Origin: Opitutaceae bacterium
Lineage (GTDB): Bacteria > Verrucomicrobiota > Verrucomicrobiia > Opitutales > Opitutaceae
Length of the DNA stretch: 63,364 nt
Reading direction: 5' to 3'
Assembly (NCBI GenBank): GCA_041746615.1
Contig: JBGTGS010000271.1
Coordinates: forward strand, 1 to 63,364
Shown: in pieces, positions 57,292 to 63,364 of the stretch
Layout: each line of letters starts with the position of its first letter
Position numbering within the stretch: position 1 is the stretch's first letter
Made by a program: the position numbers and the translations under genes
The notes under the pieces: model-generated
Databases searched by the model: none
Seen by the model: the letters and a program-made list of their open reading frames with translations, nothing else
Told to the model about the DNA's origin: nothing

Positions 57292-58029
57292 TTAGGGGCC
57301 CAGAGAGATATGATAAATTCCGGGCTTCAGACGCGCTCCCAGCCGGTAGGATCTGGCCAGGTGCTCCGGCAGCCATCCATCGACCCCGTTGGACCCTGAG
57401 CTGACGGTCACAGCCGGCAGGCCAATCAAACCGGTTAGATCAACGGCAGCCACCAACTGCAAAGGAGCCCAGTCTTCCCTGGGCGCATCGGCAACCATGG
57501 GCAATTCGGCCGTCAGTGCCACCTGGCCGCTCCCCGCTTCCACCACTTCCATGTATCCAAATCGTGAAGACAGGGCTTCCATCGGTATCTTCCGGCGCCC
57601 CAGCGAGCGAAACGCATCCCTGCCCTGCTCCGTGCGCAAGGCGGCAATCGGCGTCTCCGGCACTTTGGTCAGCTGGGGAAAGGCCACCAGCGAGTCACCA
57701 TCATCATAGCCCAGCCTGGGCTGGAAATCCCGGAACGCCGTCGTGGGCTCCGTCCTCTCATCCCCCACTATGGCTTCCGCCTGTCCTGCATTAACCGCGG
57801 TGGGCATGAACAACACCTCAGGATCACGCAGAGCCGCTTCCTCCTGCAGGGTGATATCCTTGGCTCCCCCATCCAGTCTTACCAATCCTATCGGGGCGGG
57901 CGGAGGCAGCACGGAAGTCGGCTGATCGACCGGCAGGCGCAGCAGGGCGACCAGCGCCAGCATCATCGCCAGGCCGCCGAGCCCGGCCACCAGCCAGGGA
58001 AACCGATGGGGTTTTCCACCCGCAGCCAT
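57292..58029 (-). CDS. TonB-like energy-transducer candidate (divergent)
   Basis: 245 aa. It has an N-terminal TM (WLVAGLGGLAMMLALVALL), a short Pro-rich segment (PPPAPIG) and a C-terminal ...VTVSSGSNGVDGWLPEHLARSYRL... that resembles the TonB-C SSG..LD..A motif. It starts 5 nt after exbD. Confidence 0.5.
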   Translation of the reverse strand: MAAGGKPHRFPWLVAGLGGLAMMLALVALLRLPVDQPTSVLPPPAPIGLVRLDGGAKDITLQEEAALRDPEVLFMPTAVNAGQAEAIVGDERTEPTTAFRDFQPRLGYDDGDSLVAFPQLTKVPETPIAALRTEQGRDAFRSLGRRKIPMEALSSRFGYMEVVEAGSGQVALTAELPMVADAPREDWAPLQLVAAVDLTGLIGLPAVTVSSGSNGVDGWLPEHLARSYRLGARLKPGIYHISLGP

Positions 58030-58034
58030 GTAAA

Positions 58035-58475
58035 CTACCTTGCCCCCCGGGCGGGTTCACCCGCCAGATGAACCTGGAATCCCGCCTCCCGGGCGAGCTC
58101 GAGTACTGCAAACAGATCCTGCGAGGGAACGGAGGCATCGGCCTGAACCAGCATCCGCAAATCAGTGCGCCCCTGGGCACGGCCGCTTAGCCAGGTGCGC
58201 AACTGGGCCAGGTTCAACCGGCCTTCATCAGTGATGATAAAACTGGCGTCCCGGACCAGGATCACAACCGGAGTGGTGGCGGCACCCGCATAGGCACCCG
58301 GCATGGAGGGAAGCGAGAAGTCCACCGAGAGTCCTGGAGAAAGTACAAAACGCGACCCGAAGAGGATGAAGAACATTCCGAGCAGGACCGCATTGAGCAC
58401 AAACAGCGCCAGTCCATCCAGCAGCCGTGGCGGCGGGCGGAGGCGCGAAGCGAGATCCAGTGGCCGTGTTATCAT
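58035..58475 (-). CDS. exbD: biopolymer transport protein ExbD/TolR
   Basis: 146 aa; a single TM with Asp (LLDGLALFVLNAVLL) and a periplasmic domain ...VVILVRDASFIITDEG...LVQADASVP...; 4-nt overlap with exbB. Confidence 0.8.
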   Translation of the reverse strand: MITRPLDLASRLRPPPRLLDGLALFVLNAVLLGMFFILFGSRFVLSPGLSVDFSLPSMPGAYAGAATTPVVILVRDASFIITDEGRLNLAQLRTWLSGRAQGRTDLRMLVQADASVPSQDLFAVLELAREAGFQVHLAGEPARGAR

Positions 58476-59158
58476 GACGAGGCCGGATCCTGCCCGGCAA
58501 CCCCCGCACCGACCTCGGCCGCCCCAGGTGCGAGCCCGCGGTAGTCATTAAGCAAATACCGCATGATTTCGTTGCCCCCCCATTCAATGTCACGAACCAG
58601 CGCACGCACGCGACCGCTGAGAAAGTGGTAGGCAAGGTGGGCGGGAATTGCCACCAGCAGGCTCCCCGCAGTCGTCAGCAGCGCCTGCCACATGCCTGTG
58701 GAAAGCGCCCGGGCGGTGGCGTATTCGCCCCCCTGCATGAACGCATGGAAGGTGACGATCATTCCTAATATCGTTCCGAGCAGTCCCACAAGAGGGGCCA
58801 CCTGGGCCACGGCGGCAATGGCTCCGAGCCGGCGCTCCAGCGCGGGAATCTCAACCAATGCCGCCTCCTGCACCGCATAGCGCATGCTGGTTTCGTCCGC
58901 TGATGCGTTGAGCAAGGCAGCCTTGACCACTGCCGCGACCGGTCCCGGTGTTTCCTCGCAAACCGTGAGCGCCTCGACGATGCGACGGCGCGCCAGGATG
59001 TTCTTGATGCCACCCAGGAACGCCGTTGAACGAATCTGCCCGCGGTGAAGGTAAAGCGTGCGCTCGAGACACAGCACCAGCAACAATGCCGCCATCAACA
59101 GGATCACCCACATCATGGGGCCACCGCGGGCGAGGAGACTGAAATCGAAGACCGTCAT
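58472..59158 (-). CDS. exbB: MotA/TolQ/ExbB proton-channel protein
   Basis: 228 aa; ...APLVGLLGTILGMIVTF... and ...ALLTTAGSLLVAIPAHLAYHF.... Confidence 0.85.
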   Translation of the reverse strand: MTVFDFSLLARGGPMMWVILLMAALLLVLCLERTLYLHRGQIRSTAFLGGIKNILARRRIVEALTVCEETPGPVAAVVKAALLNASADETSMRYAVQEAALVEIPALERRLGAIAAVAQVAPLVGLLGTILGMIVTFHAFMQGGEYATARALSTGMWQALLTTAGSLLVAIPAHLAYHFLSGRVRALVRDIEWGGNEIMRYLLNDYRGLAPGAAEVGAGVAGQDPASS

Positions 59159-59205
59159 CAGGGAATCAAGTGGTTAGACCGGGTTGGAGTGCATCCGTCA
59201 ACAGG

Positions 59206-61800
59206 TCAGGGAACCACCCCTGCGCCGCCAACCCGGGAAAAGGCTGCCCGGGCGGCCTCGGCATGAGGAAGGCCCCGGTTAAGGATGAGGGCATACATGT
59301 CGCGGGCCTGCTCCAGCCGGCCCTGTTGTTCATTCAGGGCGCCCAGCTCGAAAATAATCCGCGCCATCCAATAACGCCCCCGCGGGCCAAGCCCTTTCTG
59401 ACCGGGCTCCTCGAGCAGCGGACCGTTGACCACAGGCCACCACACCTGTTGAGCCCGGTCCGCACGGCCGGCCCGGACCAGTGCAAATCCGTGCTTGAAT
59501 CCCGCCTCCAGCCGAAGGTCAGCCGGGGCGCTGGACAGGTCCTGCAGCCGTTCATAACCAGAAATGGCCGTTTCCAATCGCGCAGGATCCGTCGCTGAAA
59601 GGAACGCATGGCAGTCGGCCAGGGCCAGCTCCGCCGCCTGCACATTGAGGTGCCGGGGGAAATCCCTCACCAACAATTCGTACACCTGCTGGGCAAGGCC
59701 AAATTGATTGAGTTCACGGAGCAGATCCCCCTGTAAGAAACGGGCCTGGAAAACGACCTCGCTGTCCGGATAACGCTGCACCAAACGCTCCAGAATATTG
59801 TACGCCTCCTGATAAAAGGGATCCGACCCCCGTCTGCGCACGATCAAGGCGGCCTGCAACAACGCATAAGCGGCAAACCTGCTTTCGGGGAAATCATCCG
59901 CCAGCTTCACGAGGACCCGCTGGGCTTCGACCAACTGTCCCTGCTCGGCGTAGGCTTCCGCCTCGATGATGTAGGAAAACACCGCCGCATCTGCATCCGG
60001 ATAATCCGCCCGCAATTGCCTGAGCCCATCCAGGGCTATCTCAGGACGGTTGAGGGCAAAATTCGCCTGGGACTCGAGCAGGGCGAGTGAACTCGCGACT
60101 TCCGCCCTCAACCCGGGTTCAAGTTCATCCAAAGTCCCCCGCAGGTCCGCAACCAGCTCGAGGGCCGGTTCCGGCGAGCCGGCCTCGAAGGCCAGACGAG
60201 CCTGTAGCCAGGCCATGCGCACCTTGAGTTCGACGGGCAACACCGCGACCTCGGATCGCATCAGCAAGCGACTGATCCGCTGGTAGGCCTGCTCGATGCC
60301 CTCGGCCCCCGTGGTCTGCAACGCCCGGCAAAGGTTCCACTCGGCCCGCCAGCGGCTGACCGGATCAAAGCGGGGATCATCGGAAAACTCGTCGAGCCGG
60401 GCCGCCGCCTCCATGATGCGACCAGCGGCAATCTCGGAAATCACCAGTTGAAAGATGAGTCCACCCGGAGCAACCCCGGCAGGCACGTCGGCAAGCGCCG
60501 CCAGATAGGCGCCACCGGCACTGCGATGGTCACCCGCGCGAAAATAGGCCTCAGCCACCAGCACCCCGAGCGAAGCCCGGATCGCAGCGACCGGGGTTTC
60601 CGCCATCGCTTGGGCGGCGTAACCAGCGGCCCGGCGATACTGCGCCCGCTGCCAGGCCGCCTCCATGAGCACTCCAAAGGCGGCCGGTTTCAGCCGCGAT
60701 CCCGGAAAGCGCTCCAACACCATGTTGGCATCAGCCTCGGCATCCGCATGGCGATTGTCGGTCAGGGCAAGTTGCGCCCGGGATAACAACAGATCCTCCA
60801 GTATCGGGTGCGGAGCCGCCCCCCCGATCAGCCGGTCCAGCGTGGCCCGGAAGGCCGAGCGCGCCGAGCCCTCGGTGGAAGCACCTGCCAGCAATTGCAG
60901 GGCAATCCGCTGCTTGTCCCGATCATCCGCATTCGAGAGCAGGCTGTTAAGCGCCGTCCGCCCCACGCCATCACGCGCACCCGCGATCAACCCGAGATGC
61001 AGGCGCAGGTCGTCATGGACCTCGCGTTCCTGAGGCGGCAGGCTCTGCAACTGCTCTTCCAGAAAGCTGACTGCCTCCGCCACCTCGCCCCGCACGTAGA
61101 GAGCGGCGGCATACTGCTCGGCAAACCGATAGCCCTGGCTCCGGCCCCGGAATTGATCCACATTGCGCCGCAGGGTGGCCAGTGCCTCGTTGGACAAGGC
61201 CCCCTCGTCACGCAGGCGTGCGCTGAACTGCGCAAGTACAAAGCGGGCCCGGGACAAATCCGAGGGCGCGGCCGCCACCGCCTGATCGTAGGAGGTGTTG
61301 GCGGCGGTGAAGTCTCCGGCTTCCGCTGCGATCAGACCCCCCAGATAATGGTACCAAGCCACATCACCGGCCGTCAGCGCCGTCACATCAATGACGGCCA
61401 CCTCCTCTGCGGCCACTTCAAAGTCCTTCAACGCGGCCGCCACCAATCCCAATCGCAGATAGTGGGCCGCTGAAGCCGGTCCGGCATAGCGGTTCAATAC
61501 AAGCCGGGCCTCCTCCGGCCTCCCATCGTCCAGAAGGGCCGTCGCCCATTCCAAAACCAGACGGTCGGAATCATCCGCCGGCGGTTGCGGTGAATTCAAC
61601 AGTGCCCGATAGAGCTCCGCAGCAAGGGAGGGAAACCCCAGCTCCAGCGCGTTTCGCGCCGAAAGCGCGGACAGCAGGACCGGGCCGGGCGGCGGATCCG
61701 GCGGCGGAGCCATCGGGACCATTGCCGCCTGCTGGCCCTGCTGGCCAAAAACCGGCGTAAGCACGAGGGCCAGCATCCAGATGAGTGCACGAATTCGCAT
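59206..61800 (-). CDS. large secreted tetratricopeptide-repeat (TPR) protein
   Basis: ORF 59206..61839. A signal-peptide-like MRIRALIWMLALVLTPVFGQQ starts at 61800. The protein is Ala/Leu/Arg-rich with repeated ...A.Y..A..Y...G....A...F TPR-like helices throughout. Confidence 0.8.
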   Translation of the reverse strand: MRIRALIWMLALVLTPVFGQQGQQAAMVPMAPPPDPPPGPVLLSALSARNALELGFPSLAAELYRALLNSPQPPADDSDRLVLEWATALLDDGRPEEARLVLNRYAGPASAAHYLRLGLVAAALKDFEVAAEEVAVIDVTALTAGDVAWYHYLGGLIAAEAGDFTAANTSYDQAVAAAPSDLSRARFVLAQFSARLRDEGALSNEALATLRRNVDQFRGRSQGYRFAEQYAAALYVRGEVAEAVSFLEEQLQSLPPQEREVHDDLRLHLGLIAGARDGVGRTALNSLLSNADDRDKQRIALQLLAGASTEGSARSAFRATLDRLIGGAAPHPILEDLLLSRAQLALTDNRHADAEADANMVLERFPGSRLKPAAFGVLMEAAWQRAQYRRAAGYAAQAMAETPVAAIRASLGVLVAEAYFRAGDHRSAGGAYLAALADVPAGVAPGGLIFQLVISEIAAGRIMEAAARLDEFSDDPRFDPVSRWRAEWNLCRALQTTGAEGIEQAYQRISRLLMRSEVAVLPVELKVRMAWLQARLAFEAGSPEPALELVADLRGTLDELEPGLRAEVASSLALLESQANFALNRPEIALDGLRQLRADYPDADAAVFSYIIEAEAYAEQGQLVEAQRVLVKLADDFPESRFAAYALLQAALIVRRRGSDPFYQEAYNILERLVQRYPDSEVVFQARFLQGDLLRELNQFGLAQQVYELLVRDFPRHLNVQAAELALADCHAFLSATDPARLETAISGYERLQDLSSAPADLRLEAGFKHGFALVRAGRADRAQQVWWPVVNGPLLEEPGQKGLGPRGRYWMARIIFELGALNEQQGRLEQARDMYALILNRGLPHAEAARAAFSRVGGAGVVP

Positions 61801-61945
61801 CGTTGCCCACACGATGTGCGCCCCCCCGCGGCGAGGCAAGCCCCCGCACCTGTCTCCCTACCGACTCACACGCCACCATGGATTCATCCTCGCGCCCAGC
61901 CACGTCATTCCCAAACTGGACAGGATTCTCCAATCCCTTACGCTT

Positions 61946-62545
61946 ATGAGCCCTCTAATCATTCTTGGCATCCTCCTGGCCATCCTGGTCGTCATCGCCC
62001 TCTGGGTGGTGGGTATTTACAACGGCCTCGTCTCCCTCCGCAACCGCTTCAAGAACGCGTTCGCCCAGATCGACGTCCAATTGAAACGTCGTTATGATCT
62101 GATCCCCAACCTCGTCGAGGTCGCCAAAGGCTACCTGAAGCACGAGCGCGAAACCCTCGAGGCCGTCATCAAGGCCCGCAACATCGCCGCCGCCGCCGCC
62201 CAGGCCGTCGCCGCAAACCCCGCCGACGGCAACGCCATGAAGGGGCTGATGTCCGCCGAAGCCGGCCTTGGTGGCGCCCTCTCCCGCCTGATGGTCGTGT
62301 CCGAGCAATACCCCGACCTCAAGGCCAACCAGAACATGATGCAGCTGACCGAGGAAATGACCTCGACCGAAAACAAAATCGCCTTCGCCCGCCAGTCTTA
62401 CAACGACAGCGTCATGACCTACAACACGCGGCGCGAGGTGTTCCCCAACGTCATTTTTGCCGGCATGCTCGGCTTCCTCCCCGCCGAGCTCTTCAAGGTC
62501 GAGGACCCCACCGAGCGCACCGCCCCCAAGGTCAGCTTTACTTAA
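61946..62545 (+). CDS. lemA: LemA family membrane protein
   Basis: The Met at 61946 gives MSPLIILGILLAILVVIALWVVGIYNGLVSLRNRFKNAFAQIDVQLKRRYDLIPNLVE...SEQYPDLKAN...Y... The track ORF is extended upstream to 61781. Confidence 0.92.
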   Translation: MSPLIILGILLAILVVIALWVVGIYNGLVSLRNRFKNAFAQIDVQLKRRYDLIPNLVEVAKGYLKHERETLEAVIKARNIAAAAAQAVAANPADGNAMKGLMSAEAGLGGALSRLMVVSEQYPDLKANQNMMQLTEEMTSTENKIAFARQSYNDSVMTYNTRREVFPNVIFAGMLGFLPAELFKVEDPTERTAPKVSFT

Positions 62546-62551
62546 GAGAAA

Positions 62552-62653
62552 GGCTGAAGGACTGAAGGGCTGAAAGCTGAAGCAGGCGGCCCAGATCCCG
62601 CCGTTCCCCTTTTTAGCCTCTCTTTCAGCCTTCAGTCTTTCAGCCCTTCAGCC
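62552..62653 (+). repeat. inverted arrays of an octamer repeat (RCTGAARG x4 / complement x4) forming a long stem-loop
   Basis: Arm 1 is ggctgaagg actgaagg gctgaaag ctgaag (62552-62582). Arm 2 is ctttcagc cttcagt ctttcagc ccttcagcc (62622-62653). An inner hairpin ggcgg-N8-ccgcc is followed by ccccttttt. Confidence 0.8.
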
Positions 62654-62665
62654 TTCCTCATACCC

Positions 62666-63364
62666 ATGGACTTCTTCGAGGCACAGGAACGAGCAAAAAA
62701 GCGCACGACCCGTCTGGTCGCGCTTTTTATCCTCGCTGTGCTCGGTCTCATCACCGCCGGTTACCTCGCCGTCGTGGCCGCCCTGCATGGCGTGGCCATC
62801 CAAACCTCCGACGGCCTGCATGTGCGCGACTCCTACTGGCAGCCCGACATCCTCGCAGGCGTTGCCCTGGTCACCCTCGCCGTCGTCGGCCTCTCCTCGC
62901 TGTTCAAGTGGCTGTCCTTCCGCACCGGTGGCCGCGCCGTGGCCGAAATGGTCGGCGCCCGCGCGGTCAACCCGTCCACCACCGAACCGCGCGAACGCCA
63001 GCTGCTCAACGTCGTCGAGGAGATGTCCATCGCCTCCGGCGTCCCCGTGCCGCCGGTGTATGTGATGGATGGCGAGAACGGCATCAACGCCTTCGCCGCC
63101 GGCCTCACCACTTCCGATGCCGTCGTGGCCGTCACCCGCGGCACCCTGGAAAAGCTCAACCGCGACGAGCTGCAGGGCGTGATTGCCCACGAGTTCAGCC
63201 ACATCCTCAACGGGGACATGCGCCTGAACGTCAAGCTGACCGCCATTGTCTTCGGCATCCTCGTCCTCGGCCTGATCGGACGCAGCATCATCTACAGCCT
63301 GCGCTTCTCACGTCCACGCCGCGGCGGCGGCAAGGGCGGCGGCGGGGTGGTGGCCGTCATCGCC
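62666..63364 (+). CDS. M48-family (HtpX/Ste24-like) zinc metallopeptidase, N-terminal part (runs off the right edge)
   Basis: Absent from the ORF track because it has no stop in the window. My own translation gives MDFFEAQERAKKRTTRLVALFILAVLGLITAGYL...GVIAHEFSHILNGD (HExxH)... with flanking TM helices. It follows lemA, a commonly seen pairing. Confidence 0.85.
   Translation, partial: MDFFEAQERAKKRTTRLVALFILAVLGLITAGYLAVVAALHGVAIQTSDGLHVRDSYWQPDILAGVALVTLAVVGLSSLFKWLSFRTGGRAVAEMVGARAVNPSTTEPRERQLLNVVEEMSIASGVPVPPVYVMDGENGINAFAAGLTTSDAVVAVTRGTLEKLNRDELQGVIAHEFSHILNGDMRLNVKLTAIVFGILVLGLIGRSIIYSLRFSRPRRGGGKGGGGVVAVIA

Noticed and set aside
62648-63202. 184-aa and 152-aa minus-strand ORFs at the right end of the window.
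   Set aside because: They are antisense to the plus-strand M48 peptidase frame, which carries an HEFSH zinc motif and TM helices.

Overview
High-GC (roughly 60% by eye) bacterial chromosomal segment made up almost entirely of housekeeping genes. The core is one long minus-strand block. Read in transcription direction, from high to low coordinates, it runs: tRNA-Thr, tuf, tRNA-Trp, secE, nusG, rplKAJL, rpoB, rpoC. Next come two inserted membrane-protein genes and a ~600-nt non-coding gap. Then follow rpsL, rpsG, fusA, rpsJ, the S10/spc/alpha ribosomal-protein genes, secY, an adk-like gene, map, rpsMKD, rpoA and rplQ. Left of this block lie secA (partial), a UXS-type sugar decarboxylase, tgt, trpG/pabA, nrdR, a HIT protein, a DUF4143-type AAA ATPase, dprA, nnr, pdxJ, gltA, hisD-hisC-hisB-hisH and guaA. 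Right of it lie a TPR/exbB/exbD/TonB-like operon, lemA and a partial M48 peptidase. Gene order and r-protein tail extensions suggest a PVC/Verrucomicrobiota-like organism, but that is inference only. I see no CRISPR array, no transposase, integrase or phage genes, no rRNA, and no recognised multi-gene defence system. I cannot honestly point to a convincing new multi-gene system. The unusual items are: (1) the gene in the adk slot between secY and map has lost its P-loop and LID; (2) the normally tight rpoC-rpsL junction is interrupted by a fused membrane/spermidine-synthase-like gene, a DUF3817 gene and a low-GC non-coding tract containing a perfect 16-bp palindrome and a strong terminator, which could be an sRNA or regulatory region; (3) a solitary AAA ATPase with a PD-(D/E)xK-like C-terminus sits behind an AT-rich region full of inverted repeats; (4) SecY, S11 and L17 carry extensions; (5) an octamer-repeat stem-loop separates lemA from the M48 gene. 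Many long ORFs in the supplied track are antisense shadow ORFs of real genes and were rejected.
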